Virus record (IMG/VR): IMGVR_UViG_3300031974_001636
DNA: 64,000 nucleotides
Source of the DNA: an uncultured virus (IMG/VR IMGVR_UViG_3300031974_001636)
Taxonomy: Duplodnaviria; Heunggongvirae; Uroviricota; Caudoviricetes; Kyanoviridae
Reading direction: 5' to 3' (one strand)
In this document: positions 35,501-41,145 of the stretch, one piece after another
How the letters are laid out: each line of letters opens with the position of its first letter
Numbering within the stretch: position 1 is the stretch's first letter
Notes under the pieces: model-generated
Told to the model about the DNA's origin: nothing
Database searches by the model: none
The model's input: the letters and a program-made list of their open reading frames with translations, nothing else
Position numbers and translations under genes: made by a program

Positions 35501-37769
35501 TCACAACGACACAACGTAGAATGGTGTCAACTTGCCAACTAGCAGCAGAGGGTTTTACAATCTGCTCTTTGGGGTAAGATACGCTTACATCCTCACCATA
35601 GAGAATCTTGAACAGATATGCAATAGAACCTCTCGTACCTTTAGACGAATAGAAGGTACGGATAGTCTTAATGACCGTATTGATGTTAATCTTGTTAAGG
35701 TCAATCTTAGGAATGTCGGGAAGGTATTGTTCAGTAAATTTGCTGAGCATTTTCTCAACAAAAACACCGTCCAAACATTTTACCGAGGTGCCAATATTGT
35801 GGGTAGAAGGGGTAGTTTTTTGCTCATAAATTGCATTGCCATCGGTATCATATCCAACGATACCAGAAACACCACGAGAGCACCCAATAAACTGAGCTTT
35901 AGTATACTCGGCACCAGATTCTACTACACGGAAACCAGTAACCTCACCAAAACCAACTTCGGCAGAAGCATTTGCCGAAGGAGGACGCTGAATCACAACT
36001 TTAGGAGGATTGGCAGGATCGTATCCAGTACCAAAATTAGTAATATTGATATCAGTGATTTGACCGTTAAAGATAGACGCAACTGCAGTAGCACCAGAAC
36101 CACCGATAAATGCGCCAGAAGGATCCTTACGGTTATCTACAATGTAAATAGAGGGAATATCTACATAACCAGAACCGCCAGAAAGCAGTTCAATCTCAAC
36201 AACTCTACCAGTAGAATCAACAGTGACATCCAGAATTTGTGCAGCGCCAGGATCAATCACAGCAATCCTAGGAGCGGTTGTATACCCTCTACCCCTATTA
36301 GTTACAGTAAACCCTGTTACAGTGCCGTCAGCACCAATTTGAGCGACGATCTCTGCCTGCAGAGGGTCAGCACCAGTCGGAGCATCAACATAGATGGTAG
36401 GAGGAACAGTATATCCCTTACCAGTTTCTACAATTTCAATGCTTTCAGGTTCAATAGAACCGTTAACATCAATAGTAGGATTGCTGAGGATACATCCACC
36501 AGGATCAAGGAAAGTGACTCTAGGAGTAAACGTATAATTGCTACCAGAGTTAAGCAACTCAAGTCCAGTTACCTGTCCATTAGTTACGAGTGCTCTTGCA
36601 GCAGCAGGAATCCCACCAGCGGCAGTGGGAGGTTCAATGTTAACAATGGGGGGATTCAAATCGCTATAACCAGCACCGCCACCCAGAAGAGAAAGGGTTT
36701 TGATACCATTAACGAGAGAATATGCAGACGCGCCACCTCCACCTGTGGTAGTTGCCACTTCTACAGCGGGAGGATACTGGAGGCGGTAGTTAGTACCGCC
36801 AGACTTTACTTTAATGCCAGTCAGATTGCCGTTATTGTTGATTTGGGCAATAGCAGTTGCACCAGAACCAAAACTACTGATAGGTGCCTCAACAGATCCA
36901 ATATAAGCTCTTGCCTGAGAAGGAGGTGCAACTTTCAGTTTGAGGAAATATTGCCCATTCCTATTGATAACGGAAAAATCTTTATAAGGAACCAGAAGAT
37001 TGTCATTGATGACAACATTCAGATACACCTGCAGAACAGGGTTGTAGTTTACTCCAGAAACTTCCAGAGGGAACTCGGTCCTAGAAGAGTTGAACAGAGA
37101 TGAAATATTATCAACCTCTTGGATAGAATCTTGTAGAAAACCCTTCAAATAAAAGACTGCAGTCTCTTCAATAGAGTCTGATGGGTTGGGAGATCTAGGA
37201 GGATCCGTAAATACAACACTAGTGCCCTGAATCGTATAATCAACTCCAGGAATCAGATATTTACCGAACAAACGGATTACAATGTGATCCTCTGAAGGAG
37301 GTGCAATAGGATTGTCCTGAGACAGCAGCGGGAACGTCCTAACAACGCCGTTAAACGCCATGTAAGGACTTTGAAGTTCAATCCACTTCTCTCTATACTC
37401 CTCGTACGAAATACCCTCAGTTAGAGAGATTTCAGGAGATTTGTTTGCCCTTTCATAATAGATGATTTCTTCATCTAAGAGAATGCTACCATTCTTTTCC
37501 AAAAAGTCGTCAACACTTTCTACAGTGATGATGTCATCAGTTGCAGTTACAGGTTCCAACAACGCAGATTCGCTTCTGATGAGTTTGAAGTCATACTCAT
37601 CAATGTTCAGAAGTTTCTGAAACTCATTGATAATGTTTTGTGGTTGACCCGTCTTTTCCTGAGATTTGTAGTAATACTCTAGGAACTTTTCAAATGCAGG
37701 ATAATCAGCTTTGACAAAATCAGGGAGCTGATTGTAGATATTCTGAGAGACCTTATTGGGATGGCTCAT
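17520..37769 (-). CDS. gp7: Giant baseplate wedge initiator gp7 (6749 aa), multidomain
   Basis: N-terminus QLPDFVKADYPAFEKFLEYYY, FYSSKGT..SIAYLFKILYG and IQDSYFYQDFSY..HPAGFKVFG gp7 motifs; follows gp6; carries YHYH-like, two LamG-like (about 29975-30430 and 24698-25240), CBM5/12-like and phycobiliprotein-like domains. Confidence 0.88.
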   Translation of the reverse strand: MSHPNKVSQNIYNQLPDFVKADYPAFEKFLEYYYKSQEKTGQPQNIINEFQKLLNIDEYDFKLIRSESALLEPVTATDDIITVESVDDFLEKNGSILLDEEIIYYERANKSPEISLTEGISYEEYREKWIELQSPYMAFNGVVRTFPLLSQDNPIAPPSEDHIVIRLFGKYLIPGVDYTIQGTSVVFTDPPRSPNPSDSIEETAVFYLKGFLQDSIQEVDNISSLFNSSRTEFPLEVSGVNYNPVLQVYLNVVINDNLLVPYKDFSVINRNGQYFLKLKVAPPSQARAYIGSVEAPISSFGSGATAIAQINNNGNLTGIKVKSGGTNYRLQYPPAVEVATTTGGGGASAYSLVNGIKTLSLLGGGAGYSDLNPPIVNIEPPTAAGGIPAAARALVTNGQVTGLELLNSGSNYTFTPRVTFLDPGGCILSNPTIDVNGSIEPESIEIVETGKGYTVPPTIYVDAPTGADPLQAEIVAQIGADGTVTGFTVTNRGRGYTTAPRIAVIDPGAAQILDVTVDSTGRVVEIELLSGGSGYVDIPSIYIVDNRKDPSGAFIGGSGATAVASIFNGQITDINITNFGTGYDPANPPKVVIQRPPSANASAEVGFGEVTGFRVVESGAEYTKAQFIGCSRGVSGIVGYDTDGNAIYEQKTTPSTHNIGTSVKCLDGVFVEKMLSKFTEQYLPDIPKIDLNKININTVIKTIRTFYSSKGTRGSIAYLFKILYGEDVSVSYPKEQIVKPSAASWQVDTILRCVVVSGNPQNLKDGFLQQFQDQVDPNIGSASALIENFISIKTSELEIFELVLSEETIQGKFTIPYKTKLAEGITTTDSVLTVDSTIGWPERNGEILVGTELIRYKEKSLNQFIECTRSVNNIVEDWDAATEVTSNFYAYVNYGTDQEVVVKVVGIIKAENTTLTDDGTYYLPGDKLTVSKLGASENVPLLNTWNYNVKKLVSVDRIEFGGVNNQTATVYCNNPHGLLVGDQVTIYGANPILFNGTYFVQSRESTTVFKYQLVQPAAVVPQGNILISVDLNRGKSDVESINNSIGIYTTNIQNSFFNDDYVYVAASGIPNYKVGPFVGQALIPGNQRKLLRFPRRSQTISTKDEIQPGPIGAWVNGVSIWSYKSSNKKIFGEVTKINIVKQGDSYDAASPPALTISNGGGTGATGSVVIDGSLTAINIATTGSGYTSPPLVSIVGGGGSGASATAVVTNGQVSRVLINSGGTGYTSRPEITIVGGGGNGATALAEVRGPIKEVVINTGGTNYTSQPDITLSSGEGAQAQAIVQNGRIISIAVINAGSGYTTPPIVEIYGNGFGAIATANIDTDGENAGRVTSISITNRGINYEAGTTVIILRSVGSDAQFTAEVQSWTYNLAPITTLDNAQGSVFSGYNNQYGGEYAHFTNPKRLRYVLGDNLLEDSNGALTESTSNISHSPIIGWAFDGNPIYGPYGYTDPTNQSSNIRRLEPSYRLKPALVLNAITNPTPVRAGGPLLADDPAGTYIEDYEYTFGEGDLDRYNGRFGKTPEFPEGVYAYFTCIDATEQGNPVFPYIIGPSFNSSVDKWNLASTAVQQNIPTGVIRYRDPYENVDIDVERTPNATADLLTTEDGLELTFDPIWEDSDGDNVIDTNYQIDDDNDITTPEVRLTTRPDDRVFRLTYDQSSITMAVGQTYAIPAYTTTNELYAPSTNPINVQVLFNGITNTTVLVRVVSSEKFAPAFDGTYDQYIGLNFVYTDDDGNTTSANIVDVEFIGFRATYEITDELVVEELQDVGSLLEENKLELFDYFPKVRFDSKVDIEVETITKFEDASVNGFVVENPGDNYQVNDRLIFDDIDSEGYGISAVIRTIQGKTISTYDFELINDVPHGVITTDVPHDLVAGDKVQVTYTPEISTENRQFKVKVVNGIETINVTQIGTGYTDDVPISVEIDGDGQHAEVNPVINISNGTVSSFDIVKSGNGFSSNPRLIISHPQEFKKAEYFINGTENLNDTVINAIYTSDITKDIYVCGNTIDQFDNRVGFVAKYSTSGDIVWYKTARSEQPSGQDTFCNFTALTVDEESDTLDVYVTGTTKPNSLNVNYNPDIVLMKFNQNTSGTTCSIQYQKEMAGISGSTRLDEVSAISKVGENKWCIGGHTNTNSQYPFDAYIIIFNENLGVQQKRKISTASDSEKVVDIKYNADNGKFYVLLEIAPTTTSSVKSFAIAHCEAQQFAVVIDKVINFNTTSYNLWGARFDIDEFGDFLVSGTAYSGSNPIGVFVGKVTTENEVRWGKRITPAGTLRNLKVIGGNVDVFGNYNLAINYELNESTSGSEAFRKQSEVIKFRYDGTVISTNKVSLGRNIVGFEINAISADSSGDPVLTGQGYRNEVVGLFDFESTDETEPVDTTGNLTNRNLIGDYYTGSNIASGAPSGQGSTRGLRINAYDGAAWSDTHFEINPENNTGIYGYADTYDPNGDWTIEGWWSVTETTVLQDSRLAGLGSTHHILFGIGHGSEPGVTLTLNRSNKRLELYTSSTLQRTATPIASANNQIVNDGGYVHCAVTKAGNLFTIYVDGTSVGSGSLPSLTIPSTAKIYIGNSPNWTGNTSGYTVDYAGSFDVDGFRISDHVRTISVPSTTAEYNDYYKTYHYVPDAALVIKTDKNIDSTRQGTFVGANTNYHFTTAAYTYPTTINQPITVASVTLASEGLQVLDYNDVNSALVIDSVTLTSNTDVWSSRTATIPAKGGRKVKAETTTYGKFYIKVTNTTEVDNVLRLSLNQTFNVKKNSQIQQYNNSGQLVANAEVIDVDANSLYIAQYTGTKSAWEGYVGTGEIITTGGENNSIGSYIFANEPFTTTQGTFIFDIPAGLDARFKVYGQEDFTVRIDDTAPAGSPYIIGSVITPNEDQVTYNADRSQLTISGLTAVTEITLITNLDKILQLTAVNATDRVFYKTARAHKLQSGDNLFISGNAAAEFNGSFAVDEVISTREFTTRLRAIAVGEPDTASSIDIFVKHPVIQMFYNHKYQFMLGDPSLQGYFMSFSKDNLFKLEYSFNSIQRVGTPGVQQGGDPEPYVQLSVNSEVTNISYYFDPSRTGDNSPVNAGTYLDVIPTPYTGEFEVKFLAGATITSGANIFKFPLLNEPESVATASRVGYTTSSVSAVGPIGAIRLINGGGFYKKLPIVSSIVSNRRIERVAINEPGTEYAVGEYTGVSISGDGEGGKVNITVQDGTDDDGNTIPGQITEVIVTDPGKNYTTATIDIESIPGILGPSLAGSGAELEVVIPPNGSGASIFVKANQIGKIKKLKNNNFGFDYTHDYTLRPEITFPVNVQLTSTSILDSITVTDPGSGYATPPAVIIEGGGGSGAIAEATIRNGRIDQIEVKDPGSGYSSQPSVSLKSSFNYVVNLDLNLLQFSFPHGIVNGSAVTLQAVDAGDGEEPALPISSFGRLSAATTYYAIAGAANSLEDDQLKLALTPDNAAIGDFLSYTNDGQGRQVLLTDSFGGAAEANVITGRFLAGEFIYQGETLDQATASGYVSENDGWQEGPRILKIVDYTGDFVAGQNITGTISKASGTIDNLSIAKGVLEVGAITTTPGRFIDDVGKPSEIIQRIQDSYFYQDFSYSVRTPVAISDWRDILTTNVHPAGFKVFGELGLIESGTIENKTTAFELTKSVNLAESAIVPNLQNYTLVEPVYTDFDNTEVRFRQKDLTSSEQILTSTVQKINDISQLFDGERIAFPLTVQNLDDEGNTVTEPVIANANQLIITLNGIVQSPGEAFEVQGSDIVFSDPPQPPANVQYATVTLQFRDIKRMQLSNISGIFPLIGGRIRGIVSDVNATVVAVGTTTIDFYYDNNTDAFQLTETIFSSATGFQATLDSISDVNRQNLFNFKEDIQNLRGDQATVEQVNLEGNNGQPIANIPGGMSATQGAFDVDDTTEIELNKTYQVDSERMVVTGISGNTLTVQRAADGTTAVGHQTNSVLYGTEIEVGNTLVLSKTAGTYQSTPGLFDIVIGDIIIGQQSGIVATVTGIQSYRDPVTNQANNQVIISEGSSFFGLVFNRITSIDFQNVVLDNISQTQLQVGDLNDTTIEFSGKFPNSEQVTNLIVEYNSASGALEVDEQIRNNIINYSSLVGDLTDGETVRIYKLAYENPAIAADGLILSGDIIRTENATAQVIGTNYARGYLYLGKVARRSTELHVPVAGNGAIVSTLQKKFGNASLYLNGTAYVTIPSNAEFAFGSNNFAIESWIYANSASLTGTATLFDFREAATEVAIRVYLENGQLRYNVNGSDLANSGATVVAQDTWTSIAVTRNNNTIRLFIDGAQVGSGSDSQTHVTKPIKIGADWQNSNAFTGYMDEVRISNDERHTAAYTPATGMFQGDAETLLLLHFDGDNLSTDFQDWSGLPTWNEGDEFVNGEIGFRFYDASNEILNNRSLIANEAVYQMDRQYPYLHIPLGDENIAITYGGNFYDAIIANLDFIAEEAQERAGDPQASVAEIKNVIRNVGYNLKFGENSKVWDVAELFGLGTLTNATVAALNEARDITQEVINNTTVTVSGTHGLTQTSTVDVPFLFGGYTDAMNRITALVKIVTDTIQDPSGADTVTYSSSVSAVDRVSPGYAKCLRDAGFWIDAITFDLRNTGNSSSWDTAAYYVDRTDTNNVTINHLIGEEAETVWAIDKVRDFAIDVMRGNLINITGPHGFTQVVDESITRDPAGTPYCVDVASAITTYADIISDTIEQANLGTPVDHLGTVTRTAPSSLYGAGVVDSVLVSEFTCDKEFPDDDLFVATQIWPDTQNRFKDAATLIRANAGIIVDEAAGDMLALYPFLNQDMPRNADGASTLGTLRCKTDLTLILDTIASDIEHGGTGNVVTGFKFYIGPNGEIQHIRLQLLQSLYAHERLAFYAKAAIDGTLVTQYSDRVVIPPAGITNDPGGCQNVKDAIDTLVDLINESLAPTGDRFRDAGNLLIFNKDYIAEEAVGLMQEEFSYVNAGGITIKTFNYVGGDIDGKAKCVRDMTEIIKSLISDLLVGGNYSTVEAAKAYLSATNQVKFVEDQIAPTVEAIKNVGFLAKKAINNLLQNVGDGQNGPEYYVPRFTLRNAYTDDTITDSGDDGDVGSYGTRDCVNVREAIDTLIETLIETLAPGGIQARSADQQIRFGREYLDSELKQIVIGDWGDVWKDPALTWSSGTNYQLGSYIQYNGNVYLAESALGPALPGAGGTIVYKAGSEPPVHTSGIVDDATVLEADPIENRNLITSDDVDPVGINWEFVEFQKDYFLDQVIADALYDSITTPDVVSAPYQVETATYDPATGNFVITIKNHGLTTSDTIRLSDNSFTFTCSSDNYNTYLTHPRPHEPAYRQDLAITSVTTDTITVNVGASPFVYYTPTNATYDGTTGEFVITIGAHDITEGTGIQLADNSFTFTCAQDSNGSTHTYPRPGTDPFAGTNIIVTEVGYTNYDVDNATYDPTTGVAVLTVIGNPFGAGDKIRLLDESLVFTCSLDNNETEHAYPRPSDPASQQWLTVSNVNGDQFEINVGTSTDTSTHQFVYALTNALQHQDGTITMNVGGYDNATAHTFVSASANAVITGGAYTHRFISATATAIQGPVRATGFSNVATIDSLRLLPSPVTGELANVNIFPSTEREQFGAGGWTITGGTITADATTGPDGTLTADKYIPGNNTSFKVVERTYTLPSYDTFDDSTITFDDTTNTFDEGDSNSFQEYTWSCFVKQGEYYKFRHSIAWSATDKAEFTWDAVTGAVGPSLFISGNVVVGDGLTSSSTFAESEAKKGISWGVKPYGFGWFRPFITVRVPFGISQLQIKEYMLNNTGTLSGSGSEGNGTNGSYIWGAELNKGGLGIYTANSGEQFYVSDEYNIKKFIIDRAEDFIEAQLSGTHVNPAPESGAVPYYDPQLNDRYDVAEVMLRLTNTFNLYREQLKDTNYYVDLDTVVGITIPTQTYVAGGSRNIPVPVSKELVGSDFFYGLSSDSYGEVEKVTFSEATIAKIYQRFKFDADQVVLGTASNDFKLGESIQTTGNAANTGTIYGFHEDENFRYMDVIITAGSFAINDSVTGALNGTLIQGGINLVGSFTNLTNAGADPNRVQGSYTVTATGGTGNPQATFDVSVDDTGAANVTIATGGAGYTIGDILTLQDVNLGNGGGANITLEVQTLTNAGIQEITDRLQVIDLQNTVGFTNGYSFKGYTSGETAITSAFIENSGAVTNNLGGKLTIDTESISGSFETSSVIYPFQTRVFLDMITHPLIPVSLDVGDKVVATGYTRLGVSIGSQYAGQEFAVGQLVYQANNNLSQIFEGAYGYVTGWDDVNNYLYVSPIGNSVFQNGQFVAQYPVGNTSQPTIYATVSTTITSTTTAYGTVTRIDALGLSKRVYLGDVVGTFTGNDTVISDAGFKAASYDKVDVVGRTNRWFVGFDGVQTSFKLTEQNGTPYFPDPEGHMMIFVNGILQPPGAGGSYSAFSDVIQFNEAPTLGSSFTGFYLGKMRQLDDISFEFDSLRSSFNLKRSGTFYSLALTEGVQSTESIIADNNIIISLNGVIQEPGIGFELVGSRVVFKEVPRVGSTFVGFAYIGSDADVTRSVVVPPIEAGDLLDIQGETVDREVAVIESANTLVTFEYIGSVFGRDAEATANLLKGRVDSVQVTNPGSGYTGRPIVRVDSSSGLDANVKALVGVSRVDTTNPGSGYAYPEIDVLTVVADDYTAPNLADYGQEALYAVEVVDEDLISVTPENLVDFNSGDIPGQGPSDPTETPTELTDFSTSGTYNASNIWTSGS
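22446..24611 (-). repeat. Tandem phycobiliprotein(globin)-like protein repeats within gp7
   Basis: Three full units RFxDA...(K/R)Cx(R/T)D...G(G/N)...CxxV..AI.T, plus one nested Cys-less unit. Confidence 0.75.
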
Positions 37770-37785
37770 TGACGTTTATATTAGA

Positions 37786-39801
37786 TCAGAAACAGGCGAT
37801 GTTGTTGAGGTCACCAACGTTGGTGATTTCAATCGGAGTAATGACAGCAGGCAGTTGCTGGAACTGGTCAGGCGTAAGATTATTTAGCGGGATTGTAGGA
37901 GGTGGCAGGGTTCCAACAGGAACAACCGTAATGTTCGGAATGGGAAGAGAAATAACAGTTCCAGGAGTCGCAGGAGTAACAGACGAGATGTTTGTCGGAA
38001 TAATTTGAACTGGAATCTGATCAACGGGATCAACCACTTCTACAGGACCAAAACAAATCTTGCCAGTGCCGTAATTTACAGTTCCTGCATTATTATTTGT
38101 GTAAATCTTACTAGAACCACTGTTGTAGTAAGTTCTCAAGTTTCCAAAACCATCATCCTCAAAATATTGGATGACATCGGGTCTGTCGGCAGTAATAAAC
38201 TGTCCAGATTTAATTACGGGTTCCTTATAGCACTTCATGTCCCCAGTGCCCCCTCCAGTACCGTCTCCAGCACCCCCGTTACCAGTATCAGTACCATCGC
38301 CGCCACCAGATCCACTTCCACCGTCGTTAGAGGGGTTAGAATCGTAGATAGGAGATCCGAAATCAGTACAGTATGTGTCAACGGTTCCAGGGTTCAGTTT
38401 CAGATATCTGAGAAGCGTAGTCTGAACGGAAGCAGAGTCAATAGAGTTATCGGCAAGAGAAATTGCCTTTTCATACTTAGAAAGTGAGAACGTAGATCCA
38501 AAGTTGTTGATATTTTCCTGATCGGCAAATTGTTCAATAGCACCCAATACCAAGTTTTGCAGTTCTGCAACACTCTTACTAGTTTTTGTGGGATCGTAGA
38601 AAACATACAACGAAGTGGGCACATAAAGGAACTCTGGGTCAATTACCACAGGTTCAATAGATGCCATAGCATACTGTTGCAAATCTTTAGCAATTTGCAG
38701 TTTTGAAGCATTGTTTAGAGTGTTTCCAGTCTTAGTTTTTACTGCAACATATACTTTGCCGTAAACTGGAGGAGAAAGTTGATCTCCACCAAATGCAATG
38801 ACAGATTCTGCATTCTCATACACCTTTTTGGTGATATATGCATAATCTTGAGCAGTAACTGCTCTCAACTGAGTCGTATAGGTTCTAGGAGCAGAAAATT
38901 TGATTTCCGAGACAGTTTCAGGAATATCTCCAAGTTGAGACCTTTCATTGACGGTCAGATCATCTTCAATGTCTCCAATAGGTCTGCCATACTGATCTAC
39001 AACCGTTCCAACAAAGTCAAATTCCGAAATATCATTTGCATCTGCTTCATGAGTCCTTACATAGGAAATATTGATAACTTCACCATCTTCCAACTTCCTG
39101 CCGATTACATCATCGCCAAATTGCAGTTCATAACGCTGATCTTCAGTTTCTGTCAGAAAATATACTCTAGATTCTGCATTCAAAGTGGTAACATCGGTTG
39201 CAAGGACGTATACATCCTCCTGAGTAGACTGTGCGTTCTGTTTTACAGTTACTCTCAGCGTGGATGTGTCAACTTTGTCGGCAGGAATAACATATTTCTG
39301 CTTTTTGAACGAAGATACCGTATAAGAGTGTGTGAGGTTAGCACCTTCATAAACTACAATCTTGTTAAACGCTGCAATCCCAGTATTGTCAGTATTTGCG
39401 CTGATATCTTCAAGAGTTACAAAATTATATTCTCCACCAGTTACAACAATGCCCTTTCTCAAGGTTGCGAACTGTGGAAACACTCCATTAAACAGGTCGG
39501 TCTGCACAGAGAACGAAACACACGCTTTTGGTGCCCTAGAAGAACGAGGAGTGTAATCTAGAAGTTTTGCAATACTTACAACGTTGTCCCTAACCGTTGC
39601 AGAAGACAAAAACGCCTCATTTACTGCCATATTTGCAGTAAATGCCGTGTAGTAAGTATTATAGGCGAGCACATCAATCAGATATGACAGGGTTGCACCC
39701 TCAAAGTCAAAATCTGTAAATTCTGGACGAGTCCTCAAGTAATCCTTAATGGATGCCTTGATGGAGTTGAAGTCCATCGCTGTAAGGTCGGTTGGAATCA
39801 T
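37786..39801 (-). CDS. gp6: Baseplate wedge subunit gp6
   Basis: DFNSIKASIKDYLR..FTDFDFEG..LIDVLAYNTYY..NEAFLSSA and RAVTAQDY motifs. Confidence 0.93.
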   Translation of the reverse strand: MIPTDLTAMDFNSIKASIKDYLRTRPEFTDFDFEGATLSYLIDVLAYNTYYTAFTANMAVNEAFLSSATVRDNVVSIAKLLDYTPRSSRAPKACVSFSVQTDLFNGVFPQFATLRKGIVVTGGEYNFVTLEDISANTDNTGIAAFNKIVVYEGANLTHSYTVSSFKKQKYVIPADKVDTSTLRVTVKQNAQSTQEDVYVLATDVTTLNAESRVYFLTETEDQRYELQFGDDVIGRKLEDGEVINISYVRTHEADANDISEFDFVGTVVDQYGRPIGDIEDDLTVNERSQLGDIPETVSEIKFSAPRTYTTQLRAVTAQDYAYITKKVYENAESVIAFGGDQLSPPVYGKVYVAVKTKTGNTLNNASKLQIAKDLQQYAMASIEPVVIDPEFLYVPTSLYVFYDPTKTSKSVAELQNLVLGAIEQFADQENINNFGSTFSLSKYEKAISLADNSIDSASVQTTLLRYLKLNPGTVDTYCTDFGSPIYDSNPSNDGGSGSGGGDGTDTGNGGAGDGTGGGTGDMKCYKEPVIKSGQFITADRPDVIQYFEDDGFGNLRTYYNSGSSKIYTNNNAGTVNYGTGKICFGPVEVVDPVDQIPVQIIPTNISSVTPATPGTVISLPIPNITVVPVGTLPPPTIPLNNLTPDQFQQLPAVITPIEITNVGDLNNIACF

Positions 39802-39802
39802 G

Positions 39803-40222
39803 TTACTCCGCTCGCTGTAAGATAAAGTCTATAGTTTGTACAAGAGGTTGACCAACAATACGGTATTCAACATCAACTCTTAGATCATGAAAGTCATCAT
39901 TAGCAGTAATTTCTACACTAATGACATTTATTCGTGGTTCAAAGTTTCTTAGGGTATCCACAATCTCATCTTTGAGAGTATCTACCGTAAATGGGTCAAG
40001 GGGTTCAAAAAGTAACTGATAAACCTTAGATCCAACATCAGGTTGGAACAGTTTTTCGCCAGGAGCGGTCAAAACAAGATTTTTCATCGCTTGTTTGATC
40101 GCCTGTTCGTTAGACAAAACAATAAGGTCCTTCGTAACTGGATTACGGCGAAAAGAATTCGCCAGATCCTTAAAGTTACGAGAGACCTTAAAGTTTTTTG
40201 ATCTTAGTTCCTTGATTGCCAC
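39803..40222 (-). CDS. gp25: Baseplate wedge subunit gp25
   Basis: AIKQAMKNLVLT.PGEKLFQPDVGS..LLFEP..FEPRI (GPW/gp25 family), adjacent to gp6. Confidence 0.93.
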   Translation of the reverse strand: MAIKELRSKNFKVSRNFKDLANSFRRNPVTKDLIVLSNEQAIKQAMKNLVLTAPGEKLFQPDVGSKVYQLLFEPLDPFTVDTLKDEIVDTLRNFEPRINVISVEITANDDFHDLRVDVEYRIVGQPLVQTIDFILQRAE

Positions 40223-40225
40223 TGG

Positions 40226-40423
40226 TTATTCAGTAAAACGTTCTACATAATCATCAAATCCGTTTTTACCACCACAAGGACGAGAAAGACGATCTGCAGG
40301 AGGTTTATTCTTTCTCTGTTGATTCAAAAAATAGTCAGAACGAGGATCTGTAATTAGAACCACAGTTCCAAAATCTTTTTGCATCAAATCTGGAACATTA
40401 TCAGGAACGGGATTGTTTGCCAT
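40226..40423 (-). CDS. Conserved cyanophage hypothetical protein
   Basis: 65-aa ORF 3 nt upstream of gp25. Confidence 0.7.
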   Translation of the reverse strand: MANNPVPDNVPDLMQKDFGTVVLITDPRSDYFLNQQRKNKPPADRLSRPCGGKNGFDDYVERFTE

Positions 40424-40483
40424 CTGCTTACTTTGTAAGGTAAACAGAACTTTTTGAGAGGTTACTATCTCTTTTGTTATTTA

Positions 40484-40633
40484 TCAGCCTTTCCCTTGCC
40501 CACGATAACGCTTACGAGCGCCATTACGGGAAGATGCGGCATATTTGGTATGCTGTCCATTTCCCTGGCGCGATTTTTTCGGTTTGGACTCAATGACTTT
40601 TTGACCACTAAGACCGATTTTTGCTCTTGCCAT
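40484..40633 (-). CDS. Small basic protein (49 aa)
   Basis: Manual translation MARAKIGLSGQKVIESKPKKSRQGNGQHTKYAASSRNGARKRYRGQGKG; starts 2 nt after the PAAR stop; a GATAAATA late promoter at 40478-40485 overlaps its stop. Confidence 0.75.
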   Translation of the reverse strand: MARAKIGLSGQKVIESKPKKSRQGNGQHTKYAASSRNGARKRYRGQGKG

Positions 40634-40635
40634 AA

Positions 40636-41136
40636 TTAAGGACCTATGAAAACGTTTGGACTACCTTGGGAGATAGTTGATATACATGGAGGACCCAGTG
40701 GATCACCTACCTTGCCCATTGCTAGTTTATTCGCATATACCGTTTTTGTCAATGCCGTGAGTTTTCGGGGGTGTCCAATTCCTCTGGCGTCTTCTGCCGT
40801 TAACAGGCTACAAACACATGGCATAGGAACTGGTGGAGTCTGACCACAAGGTCCAACCATCACAATATTAGTGGTTGGAGATTTGTGTGGCGTAAGCACA
40901 TCTTGATCACAAATCGGTATGATGCCGTTCACAATGACAGTTCTCAAATAAGGTCCCGCAGGAGCAAGAACTGCGGGAGGCCACATGCAAACTCCGTCTT
41001 TTACCGCAACGGGAAGTTGAACTTTTACGGTCATGCAAGTGGTTCCACAATTTTCAACACTGTGTTGATGAGCAGGATAAGTCCTGCCATGCCCAGAACA
41101 TGTACCTCTATACAAAGCAGCGGGTAAACCTGCCAT
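40636..41136 (-). CDS. PAAR-like spike tip protein (gp5.4-like)
   Basis: CSGHG, TVIVNG, TVYANK..GKVGD..C.STISQGSPNVFIG motifs; Cys/His-rich. Confidence 0.8.
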   Translation of the reverse strand: MAGLPAALYRGTCSGHGRTYPAHQHSVENCGTTCMTVKVQLPVAVKDGVCMWPPAVLAPAGPYLRTVIVNGIIPICDQDVLTPHKSPTTNIVMVGPCGQTPPVPMPCVCSLLTAEDARGIGHPRKLTALTKTVYANKLAMGKVGDPLGPPCISTISQGSPNVFIGP

Positions 41137-41145
41137 AATACACCT

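Noticed and set aside
2616..37103. Many long plus-strand ORFs (for example 22368..24263, 18492..20069, 35532..37103, 3828..5138)
   Set aside because: They are antisense shadows of the long structural genes caused by codon bias: Ser/Thr/Ile/Asn-rich, with no recognisable motifs or expression signals
38240..38330. Gly-rich low-complexity insert in gp6
   Set aside because: It looks like an ordinary flexible linker with no further signal
40454..40639. Plus-strand 61-aa ORF
   Set aside because: The minus-strand 49-aa basic ORF at 40484..40633 fits the operon and coupling better
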